Shown: piece after piece, positions 1-13,830 of the stretch
Layout of the letters: every line of letters begins with the position of its first letter
How positions within the stretch are numbered: the stretch's first letter is position 1
Source: Callorhinchus milii
Lineage: Eukaryota
DNA length: 64,000 nucleotides
Direction: 5' to 3'
Assembly (NCBI RefSeq): GCF_018977255.1
Contig: NW_024704743.1
Coordinates: 33,110,001-33,174,000, forward strand
Translations under genes and position numbers: made by a program
Notes under the pieces: generated by a model
Told to the model about the DNA's origin: nothing
Seen by the model: only the letters and a program-made list of their open reading frames with translations
Database searches by the model: none

Positions 1-626
1 GACTTTTTAATACCTTCACCATTTTAGCAAAGAATATTCTCAATTACAATTAAATCTTTGTCAGAATTTACAGCTCCTTAATTGACCCATCTGGTACCAG
101 ACAATAGGTCAGAGTTGTCTAATTTTCCTAAAGGAGCTTGTCCTTCAGACGACTGGTGACATTGTCGAATAAAGCAAACAGACATGTGTTCCCGGTTCTT
201 CATTTGTTGACTGGAAAAATCAATGTGTTGACTGCATAATAACCCATTAAGTAGGAGTCACCTCAGATGCATCAGAACATACTGTGGAAGTAATTAGCAA
301 TGCATTTATTGTGAAATTGGAGGTTTGAATTCAATATAATCTGAGTATTTATCTTTGATAAAAACACATTTTAACTATTGAAATACATTTAACTAGTAGC
401 ACATAATTTAAATGTTGGCTTTTCCAAATTGTTTAAATACATTTAGGAACATAGAAACACAGGAACATGAGGAGGCCATTCAGCCCATCAGCCTCTTTCA
501 TTAGTTTGTTTGATTTGGTATATTTTGTATTCCCAAAGCTCCATCTTTTTGCCATATTCCTTGATACCTCTACTTCAGGTTCCATGTCAGGACTATGAAT
601 TCAGTCTATACTAACACTCCAATACA

Positions 627-1170
627 GTGTCAGTTAGTAGCACTTTTGTCTCTGGGTCAAAAGGTATGGTTTCAACTCGCATCGAGAATTCAAACTCATA
701 GTCTACCTAGCCTGACACTCCAGTGCAGCTTTTGTTTGGCTCTCCTGGCTTCCCATCCCTCAGTGAATTGAGTTCAAGTTCCTTGTTCTCACATGAAAGG
801 TGCCGTATAAGTGTAAATTATGTTGTGCTGCATTGTTGCCAACCTTTTGATTAGACGTTAAACCAAGGTCAATAAACCTGTTCAGGTGCACGTTAAAGAT
901 TTAATTGACACGCCTTGCAAAGAGAAGGGAATTTCTTGAAATGATATGCCGATTGGCTTTCTTCTGTGCTGTAAACTTCTTAGGTTCTTCCAGCATCCTG
1001 GTCAACAATCACCAAATAAAACTGATCATTCACTTCATGGCTATTTATGGGACGTTGCTGTGTGCAAAAACTGGCTGCCGTGTTTGCCTACAAATTACAG
1101 TCGCAGCTCTTTGTGCCGACTCAATAATAATAATGTGTGATAAGGAGCTATATCAAATGCAAGGTTTGAT
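627..1170 (+). mobile_element. Older Deu-domain SINE (SacSINE1/AmnSINE1-like)
   Basis: TCAGTTAGTAGCAC...CTGACACTCCAGTGCAG...GACGTTAAACCAAGG...CCTGTTCAGGTG...AAAGATC...CCTGGTCAAC...TGCTGTGTGCAAA..TGGCTGCCG, matching the recalled Deu-SINE consensus. Confidence 0.75.
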
Positions 1171-1189
1171 TTAAGTCCCCTTTTGCTTT

Positions 1190-1680
1190 GGACTCACCAA
1201 CAAGTGGAAACAGCTGATCAGCATCCATCTTATTGGATCTTTTTGTAATCATAAATACCTCCATTAGGTCAATCATCTCAATTCTAGAGAGAAGAGCTCA
1301 ACTTGCCCAATCTTTCTTTTCAGCTATATCCACTCATTCTGGATAACATCTTGTAAATCTACATTGTACACTCCTCAATGTTACAATATCCATCTTGTAA
1401 TATAACAAGTAATAATCCTTGCATTTGATATAGTGCCTTATCACATCATTGATGCATCTCAAAGCACTTCAGAATATACAGAACTGATATTGATATAGTG
1501 AATTGATTGTATATTTTGTGGACAAAATGTAATATGGTAAATAGAACTTTACACAGTACTCCAAATGTCGTCTAAACAAAGTTTTATATAAATTTAACTT
1601 GCCTACTTTCATATTGTATTCCTCTGGACATAAAGCCAAGAACTCAATTTGCATTCTTTATTGCTTTGACCCGTACAGGT
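1190..1680 (-). mobile_element. Degraded CR1-like fragment (with a SINE tail inserted at about 1408-1530)
   Basis: The minus-strand ORF contains LYKTLFRRHLEYCVKF (compare CR1 LYKxLVRPHLEYCVQF). Confidence 0.6.
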
Positions 1681-4600
1681 GGACAAATGTGAATCAAATC
1701 CATATCCCTCCCCCCCACACCCAGGTTCCTACCATTCTGGGTAAATACGATTGTTGTACAATTGCCAGGACACAGAAAATTGCTTTAGGTTCAAATTAAT
1801 GTAAATAGGATATTTGATGTCTTTAAGATCTAGCAGAAGAATTGCCATTCAGGACCTTAGTTTAAAGTCTAATCTGAAAAACGTCAAACCTCTGACAATG
1901 GAGCACTCTTCCAGCACTGCATCGGTATAAACACATAATCTGACCCCAGAGGCAATCATGCCGAGCTGACACTCCAGTGCAGATTGCTATTTTAGTAAAG
2001 TCTCTCGTCTCCAGTATTAACAAAATATGATTTTATATTCCCACTTACTGTCTGATGTAACCAAAGGCAGAGATTCTCGTTAATTGGAGTGCTTTTAGTT
2101 CTGAATGCCACATTAAAGTGCTGGCCCATGTGCTGACCCTTTGGTATTGGTTGAGGCGTCAGAGACACATTCAGGCAACGTACAAGATTAAAAATGCAAA
2201 TGAAACAAAACATGTGGACAGTGCAATATTTTAAATAGTCCACATTACCCAGAGCAAAAAAAAACTACATTGGTGAAAAATCACAGTGCACAGAGGGTAC
2301 AATTCCATAAGTTCTTTCAATATAGTACATCAATCCGAGAAAACATTTAATTTGTAATTGTGAAATAAACAGCTAATTAAAATCCTTGAAATGTGCAGCA
2401 ATTTTTTTTCATCTATTCAAAAGGAAGGCTTGCAAGAAAGCTATGTCTGATTGTCTGATTTGATAAAGTTTTGCCTTGAAATGAATACGATTCTGTTAGT
2501 GACAGTACACTTCAGAGATGTGAATCTCAAACACTTATTTTAAAAGGAATGTACCGGTGACCTAATTATTTGGAAGAGGGTGAGGCCCTAGTTAAAAGAG
2601 GAAGTGAGTCCAACATTGTGAGGGAGCGGAATTTACATATTGCTTTTAAGTGGAAGCACCCCTGGGTTAATGCGTTTTATCTTCACTCATGTTCAGATCC
2701 CTCAGCCAACTCCTCCAAAGCTGCACAACGAAGCTGCCAACAGTCGCTGCCTTACTGAAATATTAAACTCAAACAACTAACAAACACCAAAGCAGATTCT
2801 TTAATGTTTTAATATTTATAGAGAAGTTTTCTCAGGGGCACTTTCCCTGAAAAGTCATTCAAGTAAGTGGTTGAAAAGTTATTTTTTAAAAAAAACTTGA
2901 ACTTATTGCATATCAAATGAAAACAAAATAATAAGCATCAGCGGGCTTCCTGATGTTTGGCAGCTACAATCCTGTTACAGTGAAAATATAATTGCTGATA
3001 AACAACTGTTCAGCTGGTGCTGTAGCGAGTTTGTATTTTGGACAAAGTCGAATTATTAACACTATTTGTTTATCTACAATGGGGCTTATCCTACAGTGTG
3101 AATAATCATCTCTACGGTAGTGAATGATTATTCCTGCTGGTTGGTGAATTGGTAATTATGGGTGTGTAAACTCAAAGTGATCACTGGCCGAATTAAGGGA
3201 CTTTCAAATAAATTTTCACCCCACGAAGCTTATCAGAACATGGAATGCTTTGTCACAAGTAGCTAATGAGGCTGAGACGATGACAAGGTTCAAAAGGGAA
3301 TTGGTATCACTCTGTTCAGCACAACTCTATGGATACATATTAGAGGAGGACTATAACAACTTGCAATTAAATAGAGTCCTTTACAAGTGAGAGCATCTCA
3401 GAGCACAGCCCAGTGGTTCGGCTGGAATCTGAGCAAGGGAGAAGTGACCAGGTAGGTTCTTCAGGTGGGAATCAAAGATAAAGAAGGAACGAGGCAGAGG
3501 GATTGAGATGGAAATTAATAGTGTAGTGTCTGAAGTTATGGCTGTCAATATTGCCGTGAAGGGGTTGGAGCGAGCAGCAGGCCTGCGTTAGCTGAGGGTT
3601 GGGCAGAGGAGTTGGGTACCAGGAGGTCAGAGAGGTATAAAAATAAACACAATACAAAATTACATTTGTACAGCGCCTTTCACATCAGGAGGATGTCCCA
3701 AGGCACTGGACAGTCAGGGATTTGGACCTGGCTCTAAATCCAATTTATTTTGCTCTAAATTGGATATAGAGCAAATAGCTCCAGCAAAGGCTCAATGGAC
3801 TGGAAGGCCTCCCACTATGCTGGAACTTCTAACATCCTATGGCAGAACATCTTACTTGTGAAGTTGATGTTGGGTTACAGTGCTCCTTTATTTGCTGACT
3901 GACATCTTACCACTGTAATTTTAAAATCCTCTTCTTTCGACTGCTTTCGAAACATGTGTTTCTCGGAAAAGGTGAATTGTTGTCTATAGCAAACCCAGAT
4001 GACAGCTGATCTGCTGAGTTTATATTCCAGGAGAGTACAGAAGTAGTTCAACAAGAAGCACTCTGCAGCTCCCTGAAGCTGCTGCATAACAGAATCTACA
4101 AAACCGGCAGCAACATGTAAACAAGTGCACATGTGCAAACCCATGTACATGTCCAGGTGGTACATAGTGACTACTTTTTGACCCTCCTGGCTGCATTACA
4201 GGCATGTTACAACCACTCTGACATTCTGTCTCCTTAGGTCAGAAAGCATGATGGGCAGCCCTATCTGAGCTCCACTGACATCAAGATGGAGACAAGATGA
4301 ATGTCCATTCTTGGACAAGATATTAATAAGAAGAATCCTTGCATTTGATATATCATCTTATAACATCTTTGAGACGCCTAAAGCACTTCACAGAATATAC
4401 TGTAAAGTGAGTTGACTATATTTTGTGGGCAAAATATTTTGACTATTTTTTGTGGATAATCAGTGACTGTAGAGGGAATGGTATATATTATAAAAATTGA
4501 TTATTGATTTGATATTTGTCTCAAAGTGCTTTACCGGATATGCTATGAAGTTTAGTGACTGTATTTTGAAGGCGACTGACAATTTGTTCACAACTATTCC

Positions 4601-4875
4601 TACTAATAGCCATGACTTTTTCTCTTCTGTGCTGAGGGATGTTGAAGAGGCAGAAGGGATTTTGGTTAAACATCTCATCTGATAACAGGGTCTTCTTTCA
4701 ATAGTGTCATGAACCTTTAATGTCCATCTGAAGAACACCTGAAGGCAAAATACGAATCGTTATAGAAGGAATCTATTTGCACTGAGATGCGAGAATAAAG
4801 ACTAGTTAATAAACTTAATGCGGTTGCATTTTAATGAGCGGAAGATCAGGATCGCTCACAGGGAAGATGGTGCTT

Positions 4876-5032
4876 ATAAGAACATAATTAGGAGCAGGAG
4901 TAGGCCATTTGGCCCCTCGAGCCTGCCCCGCCATTCAATAAGATCATGGCTGATCTATTCTAACTCCACCTATCCGCCTTATCCCCATATCCCTTAATCC
5001 CTTTATACACAAGAAATCTATCAATCTCAGTC
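4876..5032 (-). mobile_element. CR1-type LINE 3' UTR fragment
   Basis: ATAAGAACATA...GGAGCAGGAGTAGGCCATTTGGCCCCTCGAGCCTG...CCATTCAATAAGATCATGGCTGATC is the reverse complement of the recalled chondrichthyan CR1 3' end. Confidence 0.8.
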
Positions 5033-5954
5033 TATGAGATCACAAATTCTGTTTTAGAATGATTTCCAATAAGCCGTTATCTTGAGGTGGACACTTTCCA
5101 CTTTGAAAAAAAGAGGGAGCTCATCACAGGTTATGTGAGTCAACTAAATCACCAGGTTGCAGTGGCCGAAGTTTCAGAGTACAGTATTATCTTGCATGTT
5201 TTACCTACGATTCTCTCGGGACACCAGAAGTCCCAAGACAAGACACCGGAATCATGTTCAATTCAGTTTTGTTTGGAGGCTGTTTTTCTACAGATCTGAA
5301 TTTACAAAGTTTACAAAATTCTGTGAAATCTTGAATTACATGTCAATGTTTCAAGACTAAAGCTAAAGAATAGATTTCAGAAATTTCAGATCTCAGGTTG
5401 GGCGGGCAGAGCATTGTGGGAGGGCACTTCATTGAATTTACTGTATTGTGTAGCAACTGCATATTTTAAATATAAAGGCTACTGAGAAAGCACTTTCACA
5501 TTTCAGGAACTGTGGTAATCTGCAGGTACTGAACTTCTTTAAATGCCATTTGAGTGCTTGAATTGACATCTTCAAAGGATGTCCACAGCTGCCGACTGAC
5601 AAAGATGCCATTCATGCTGACAGAGCAAGCCTCTTGCAAAATAAAAGGTCAGCAGTCATCCCACCATTGTAAAATTGCAAGAAAACCTTTCTTCAATAAA
5701 AGATCCTCTCCAGCTTCTCCCTTCATATATGTTTTTCTGTTTCTGTGGATACAGTAAAGTGATCTTGGGGAAATCTGTGACGACAGAGCATGGTCTCAGG
5801 ATTATCAGTTGCAAAAGAATTGTGGTGAGGTTTGAGGGAATTTCTTCACTCAAAGGGTGGCTGGGTTTTGAAATTCTATGCCTTCAGTAACTATTGAGGC
5901 TGGATCAATGGAACCATTCAAAAAGGAAACTGTATGAGCACCAGAGAAATAAAA

Positions 5955-6770
5955 AATAACATGAATTTATATAGCGCCCCTCACATAGGGTAGCTTTCCA
6001 GAGAGCTCGACAGTGATGGAACACTACACCGAGCTGAGAGGACGGGGAGCTGACCGTAGGCACGGTAGAATAGGAAGTTCTTCAGGCATGATTTCAAGTT
6101 GGGGAAGGAAGGTGCAAGGCAGAGGGATAGAGGGAGAGTGTTCCAGAGTTTCAGGGCGTAGGGCTGAAAGTGTGGCTCTCAATGTGGAAAGGAATGCAGA
6201 AGGCCGGAGCCAGTCGAGCGGAGGTAATGGGTTGGGGGGTAAGCAGGTTGGAGAGGTTGGGAGATGCCAGGGCATGAAGGGATTTGAAAACGAATGTGAG
6301 GATTTTGAAATCGATCTGTTTGGTGATAGGGAGCCAGTGGAGTCTAGCTAGAACTGGTGTAATGGGGGTACGGAGTTTAGTACAGGTGGCAGTGTTTTGG
6401 ATCAGCTGAATCTGATGAATGGTGGAGCTGGGATGACCAGCAAAGAGGGCATTTGAGAAGTCAGGTCGGGAGGTGACAAACATATAAATGAATGTTTCAG
6501 ATATGTCTGGGGTAAGGTACAGTCAGAGGCGACCAATGTGGCAGAGGTGGAGAAAGGCGTTCCTAGTCAGGGACCGGATATGGGGAAGGAAGAACAGTTG
6601 TGGATTGAACCTGACATCTAGGTTGCGCGCTGTTTCGGTAAGTCCGAGTCTGAGGGATAAGCCAGGAAGATTGAGGAGGTCAGAGCCACAGGATAGAAGA
6701 CGTTGATGGGAGCCAATGATATGTTTAGTTGTAGAAAATTTTTGCTCATCCAGGCCCTGGTTATTCAATC
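5955..6770 (-). mobile_element. L2-clade LINE 3' fragment
   Basis: Minus-strand ORFs read FVTSRPDFSNAL...IQLIQN...PITPVLARLHWLPITKQIDFKILTFVFKSLH and ARNLDVRFNPQL...HIRSLTRNAFLHL, which are L2 ORF2 C-terminal motifs. Confidence 0.9.
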
Positions 6771-7874
6771 GCCGACTAAAAGATGTTCATTTAATCCACA
6801 ACTGTTTGTGGAACACTGCTGTGCACAATTGGCTGTCATGTTTCACCCACAAAATATACAGTCAATCCACTTTATAATATATTCTGCGAAGCGCTTTGTG
6901 ACATCTCAATGACATGATAGGGTGCTATATCAAATGCAAGGATTATTATCAGTATTATAAAAAAATTAAGGGATACGGGAAAAGAGTTGGAAAGTGGGAT
7001 TAATAAAGAAGGACAAGGTAGAAAAAGAGCACAGACACAATGTGCCGAATGACCTCCTTCTGTTCTGAAATTTTCTATGCTTCTATCAGCGATTATTTTC
7101 TCTCAACCTTTTCACGACTTCTCAGGCCATATTCCAACTGCAGCTGCCCTGCTGGTACCCATCTGTTCGAGCACCTCCACGATCCTCGAGCCAGCCAAAG
7201 ATATTCATGAGTAGTATGAGATCATGGAAGAATGACCCTGCATCTTCCACACACACACACCTCGCCATGTCAACAACACTACATTGAGAGTCTCAATCAG
7301 CTGTATCAGCTCCCTGCTCTAACCCACTGCACAAGTCCACTACAAGTGAAATGTCAATGCAATCCGGTAGTTACCCATTAGTTGCAAACTACTATGAAAT
7401 ACATCATTCTACACCTCTGAGACAAATTAGGACACTGCAGTGCTCTTTCAAATTTATTATAGCGAGGATATAATGCTGTGTGCCACAGCCCTTAAAACAT
7501 GTAATGCCAGAATTATTAAGATTAGAGATGTGAAATTGTCCTCAAAATTATTAAGTTGTTAATTAATAGGATATCTGATCCAATTATCATTTGTATAATG
7601 GTGCTCCACAATGTCAGTGCTTGAAAGGTAATGGTTTGTGAATACAGGTATTTATGTTCTGAAGACCAATGAACAGAGTGCCTCACGCTGACAAGGATGA
7701 AGCAGGAAACTTCTCTTCGGGGCAAGAATTCCATCCCACCAGTCAACCAAATTGATGTTGTATTGCTCATAAAATGTGTAACAGTAATTGAAACTCCTGA
7801 TGCCACAACACAAAAACTGCAGCTATACCAGAAACCAGAAGTGGAATACCATATCTGGAATTCATTTTTAATAA

Positions 7875-8130
7875 ACAATAATAATTCGTGCATTTGATAT
7901 TGCGCCTTATCAGGTTGTTGAGATATCTCAAAGCACTTCACAGAATATATTGTAAAGTGAATTGACTGTAAGTTGTGGGCAAAACACAGCAGCCAATTGC
8001 GCATGGTGTGTGTTGAGTGACCAAGTGAGTATTAGCTCTGGAAAGCGAGCCTCCAATCGACTAACAACCGAGGAGCTACTCATTGCTTGGTAAACAGAGG
8101 TGTGCAGAGTAAGGCAATTTGCCTGAGGTT
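7875..8130 (-). mobile_element. tRNA-derived SINE, long subfamily, degraded
   Basis: Reverse-complement family match. Confidence 0.8.
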
Positions 8131-8889
8131 TCCTTACTCCACATGCTCCTGTTTTCTTACATTTTGAGGAAGGAAACTTGCCTGCCTGAATTGTGCTTTA
8201 CATAGAGAACAATGTCCAGCATACCGGCTATCCTTGTATTTCACAGAATTCAATTAAATAAATTTAACAACCCCTGTAGCAGTTGCCCTTTGTGATGGCA
8301 TGATCAAGCTCTCTACATTTAAAAATAAATATCTGAATTTGAGAGATTACAAGACAGTAAAAAGCAAGGAAAAGCAAATTGATTACTAATTTTTAAATCC
8401 AGCTAACCACGAAGTCCAGCAGATGAATACCCATTTAATTCACCATAAAGTGAAAGTGAGCTTGATATGGTAGTTTAATAGGCTTGGCTTCATCCAGTTA
8501 GAGGACAGTGATAGTGAAAACAGAGGACACAAGGGATGTGGCAAATCAATAGCTAAGTGACATGCATGCATTTACATTTGGACTGCAACAGTGCGAATCT
8601 GGCCTCCATTGAATGCTAACCTTGCGACAAAATCTCTTGCAAGTGCATAGCAATGCATTGCTGCAATTTCTTTCCACGTTTTAAAAGATTTTTTTAAGAC
8701 ATCTACAGAAAGTATATTCTATACTAAATTTTTAATGCTAAAAGCTTCATAGGAAGACATTTGAGAACTGAAGCCTAAAACAACCGTATGAACAGTAAAA
8801 CACCAGGTCCAAGAACACCAAAGCAGCTTCAACAAGATACGTTAACAATAAAAGGTGTAGGGCAAGTACTGGGAAATGGGATTCATCAA

Positions 8890-9720
8890 AGCATTGAATG
8901 TTACAGCAAAGAATTAGGCCATTTGACCCACCAGTCTGTGCTGATGTGTCGTGTCATAAGTAAGCAAAGTAATTCCACTCTTGGGCCATCTCCATATTCT
9001 TTGTTTAAAAAAACTTCAAGCAGCTATTTAATTTCCTTTCAAAATAATTCATGGACTTTGCTTCAACTGTGATCTGTATCACAGAATTCCACATTTCAAC
9101 CATTCCTCTGTATATAAAAAAAAGTCTTACTTCCCCTTAATTCAGTGACCAATGAAAATAACCTGTTATTATTTAACCTATGATCTTGTAGATCATCCCA
9201 CTTAAAAACTTCTCACCCCTTAACCTTCTAGTAATGAAAGCACCAACTACAAGTTTCTTCAAAATGGAAACCCCTCACTCCTGGTATACGACTGTTTGTG
9301 GGACATCCCCACAAATTTACAGTCAATTCACTTTACAGTGTGGTCTGTGAAGCGCTTTGGGATGTCCTCCCGACGTGAAAAGCGCTATATTAAATGCAAG
9401 GATTATTATTATTATTATTATTATTATTAGATAGTCAATTCACTTTACAGTTTATTCTGTGAAGCGCTTTGAGACATCTAAAAGACACAAGGAGCTGCAC
9501 CAAATGTAAGAATTATTAGTATTATCATTAATAATCTATGCTGCAATTTTTTCTATTGGTTTCATATTCTTCCTACAACATGACACTCTGAACTATTGTC
9601 TAGCTAAAGTCTTATACAAGTTCAACATCATCCCTCTGGATAAAAAACTAAGGATTTAATTGCATTTCTATAGCCGTATCTATCTACACAGCTACTTTTA
9701 ATGACCTTTTATCACCATTT
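8890..9720 (-). mobile_element. Degraded CR1-like 3' fragment interrupted by SINE tails (9290-9530)
   Basis: CATTGAATGTTACAGC...GGCCATT (reverse-complement CR1 tail) and further CR1-like remnants. Confidence 0.5.
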
Positions 9721-12212
9721 GACCATAAGAAGCATCAGTCCTCAACATACATCCAAACATGTGACTTTTTAGCAGGGATCACTGGGAAGCACCTTGAAGC
9801 AAGAACTCGGGCTGATTTCCCCCCCTTCTACCGTGTGAGTCTAGATTTACTATATTAATGGTCGTCCACAAAATACACAAAGTCATCACTTTTTAGTATA
9901 ATGTATCTTATGAGGTTCACTGCAGTGCTGGGGGGAGGTGCTGCATTGCCAAAGGTTCCATCCTTCGGATGAGATGGTAAATCAAGGTCCGATCTGCCTG
10001 TTTAGATGGACGTTAAAGATCCCATGGCATCATTTGAAAAAGAAGAGTCTCCCTCAGTGCCCTGGCCAACAATCTCGCAAATAATATTGGTCCTTCACTC
10101 CGTGGCTGCTTGTGGGACATTGCTGTGTACAAACTGGCTGCCATGTTCTGCCCATAAAATACACAGTCACTACACTTTACAGTATCCCCATGAAGTGCTT
10201 CAAAACATCTCAACGACTTGATAAGACACTATATCAAATGCAAGGATGCACCCATCACTAAACCCAAAAAAGTACAATTTCCAAAATTCATCTGCAGTAT
10301 TTAACAGTTCTCGTTAAACACAGAAGGCAATGCACAGTATCACATCACAGTCCTATTGAACTAAGCATCTCAATTACATTCCAGGTAACTTTGTACTCTT
10401 AAGATTTGACCAACATCATGAAATGCACTCTGGAAAGAAGATGGATAGAGGTTTAGGAATTCTGAAGCAACAGAAATAATCTTTTGTAAAGAGGCAAATT
10501 TGATATTGGTGTCCTCGCACACAAAAAGGCCCTTGAAGCAGAGATGAGCTCTAATCAATAACGCCTGAGGCTTCATCTCAAACAACAATAACGGAAACAA
10601 AGGATAGTCTTTTCTTGTTGTTCTTGCCAAGCAAAAAGAAATTATACTATTCAATGTGATCGCAACCAGCAAAGCTATGCACAAACTCAAGGAAAAACAC
10701 AAATCAAATAAACACAGCCAGAGCTGCACTGACATCGCTCAGAAATGAAAATAAGATGTACACATTTTCTCAGAGCCATCAACATTTCTCCTTCAACATT
10801 TGGCTGAAGGAGAGACGAATACCGTCAGTCAAATCAGGAAATGAATTTGCTGCATAAATAAATTTGAATAAATTTTGCTTTCAAGTCAGGAAAATTCCTT
10901 CCAAAGGAACTCTTGGTAAAAGGCTACGGTGAAGACATCAGCACTTGGCACTTTTTTCACTGGCCATTGACTAATTGCCTTTTCAACTTTCTAGAGTTCC
11001 AGCAGCTTTCTGTCGCTTCATTTTTAATTGGATCTACTTTAGGGATTCTGAAAAGCCTATTGAATTTCTGTATCTCTAACTTCAACTCCAAACTATGCGG
11101 TAAGCTGCAAAAGTCTTGAAATGATGTGTTTATTTGGTTTGAATCCAACTGACCTTGACTGTTTGGCTGTGGAAGTGCTGGCAGATCTACAAGACTCTAA
11201 ACTCCCATCGAGTCAGTCAACATCATCTTTAGGGTATACAGTACTTAAGTTTTTGGATTGTGCAAAGTGTATTCAGAGTTTCTTCCTTCTCTGCTCCTCA
11301 GTGCATTATAAAATGTTTCTGTTTATTTTTATTTTACAGAAGCATATCTAATTGCTGTTGGCAGGATCTACCTTCTTGAAGGAATCCCACACAGAGGTGT
11401 CAGTTTGAACCAGACGCAGATTATAAAGGAAAAGGTTACTGATCAAAGTTTGCAGCTGTCACACACAAAGAGAATGACGGATTAGGGCAGAACTAAAATG
11501 TCATCTGGAACGTTTGATGTCCTCCAATGGTGTCAAACATAAAGGACATTATCTGCTCAATACTAGTTCAACTGTGGCATTCAGCCATTCACTTACATAC
11601 TGTCTATTCAATGATAAACCTTTCAAAAACTAAAAAAGAAATAACCTCTACTGATACATTGATAATTCAGGTACACCTCTCTGTCAAACACAGAAGATTT
11701 CTGGTCTCCAAAGCACAACATGGCCACCCCAAGGAACAACTGAACTAGGCTTAGAGAACTAGTTTGAAATCATAACCACAACAACAATAATAATAATCCT
11801 TGCATTTGAAATTGTGCCCTTCAGTCAGTTGGTCACGTGAAAGCATTTCACAGGATTTGCTGTAAAGTGTAGCGACTTTGTATTTTGTAGGCAAGTGCAG
11901 CAGCCAATGTGCACATGGCAATATCTCACAAACACCCATGAAGTGAATGATCATCTTAGACAGATGCAACAACCCAGAAGTTATTCGTATCAGCTCATCT
12001 CAGCTGGTGGCAGCCTCACTCTGGGCAAAAAAGATATTGTGATTTCAGCGAGCAGATTAGCCTTACACGCTAGTGCGCCGGATTCTCAGAGGTCCCATCG
12101 TTCAGATGAAATTTGAAAAACAAACTTCTGTAAGCCTGTTCCTCAGGTGGATGTTATACACCCCAGAACACTAAGAGAAAGGAGTTTCTCCCGGCACCTT
12201 GGCCAACAAGCA

Positions 12213-12541
12213 GCTTTCTTTTCATGCAAGAGACCTGGGTTTGATTTCCAGCAGAGCGAAATGTTGGGCAAGTTTCCTTGCTCCACACGCCTCTGTTTAC
12301 CTAGCAGCAAGTAGGAATCCGGTTGTTAGTCAGTCGGCGGAAAGCTTTTCCAGGGATAATAATTCCTTCAAAAAAAATTGGTCACTTCAATCCACGACTA
12401 TTTGTGGGACTCTGCTGTGCGCAATTGGCTGCTGCATTTCAGTCACAAAATATACTGTCAATTGGTATATTCTGTGAAACACTTTGAGATGTTTCGAAGA
12501 CGTGATAAGGTGCTATATCAAATGCAAGGATATTATTATTA
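12213..12541 (+). mobile_element. tRNA-derived SINE, long subfamily
   Basis: Family match; follows an older SINE remnant at about 11990-12210. Confidence 0.88.
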
Positions 12542-13429
12542 TGTACTTTGTGGACTCTTACTCTGCAAAATGTGACTTCATTTGCCTTCAAAAACAGTCA
12601 CTACACTTGACAGTAATGACTACAAATGAACTGCATTAATGTGATAACTCAATATAGAAATCTAAATTGTTTCTCACTTCCCAGAACACAGAAGAGCTAA
12701 ATTAAGATTTTATGCACTAACTACCCCTGATTCAGTGGAAATCGTCAAATCTGTAATCATTATAGAAAAGAAGACAATTTTTAATCAAAAACATTCTAAC
12801 TTCTTTGAGACATGGAAAGAATGTTAGAAAAATTTCTGTCAAGTATTTCTTAATTTTCCATAATTCTTTGGTATGAGGCTAGACTTTTGGATGGATGTGT
12901 TCCTGGATCAATACCACATCATACTAAAATACATTGCAGTAATATGAAAGATCTTAAAACGCTTTGCAATCCAATAGTCCAGCAAACCTGAATAATTCCA
13001 GTTAATTGCTGTTTAAACCAGGATCACAGTTCTTAAAGCCTTAACATGAATGACCATCATTAGGTGTCAGGCCTGACTCAGTCAGTAGCACTTTAGCATT
13101 TGAGTCAGAAGGTTGTGGGTTCAAGCCTCATGTCAGAAGATTGAGTTTACAATCTAGGCCAGGGTGGTCCACTTTATCACTCCACTTTACAATATATATT
13201 GAGAAGGCGCTTCGAGAGATTCTCCTGACATGAAACACTATGTCAAACGTATGGATTATTATCATTAGTAGTTGGAGTATTCTGTGGATACTGCTTGCTG
13301 TAGGTACAAAAATACAGTTCCTTCAGCTTGTGCAATCCAAGCCCTGGATTTCTCCACAACTATTAAATCTTTGGCCTTCATTGGCCATTCAAGAACTAGT
13401 TTATAGAAAACCTTCCTTCACAAGATCAA

Positions 13430-13830
13430 TTCAGATGAAAGAGGCGCTTTGACCCATCTGATTTCATCTCTTCAGAATACCCACTCTACCATCCCCCGAT
13501 AAAGTTCCTTTTTAAATGGGTTCAGTGTTCTGCCCTCAACCACCCTGCCTGGCAACCTGTTCCAGTTGTTAATTACCCACCGAAAAAAAAGTCTTGTTAT
13601 CTGTCCTGAAATTGCCCTTTGCAACTCGAAATCTATGTCCTCTTGTTACAATACAAATTTACATTTTATATAGTGCCTTTCAAATCCTTTTCTATTGTTT
13701 CGGTTCATTTCAAGTATTGTTCTTGGTTTACTTTCTCAATCCCATTTACAATTTTATACATCTCTTAGCGGGTCCTTTTTGAGTCATCTCTCAAGACTGA
13801 AGAGCCCTAGCTTGTCTAATCATTGCTCAT
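13430..13830 (-). mobile_element. Degraded CR1-like 3' fragment
   Basis: GCCCTCAACCACCCTGCCTGGCAACCTGTTCCAG-type reverse-complement CR1 3' ORF2 sequence. Confidence 0.5.

Noticed and set aside
10370..10735. 121-aa minus-strand ORF with a hydrophobic N-terminus
   Set aside because: No recognisable homology or splice context, and the length is compatible with chance.
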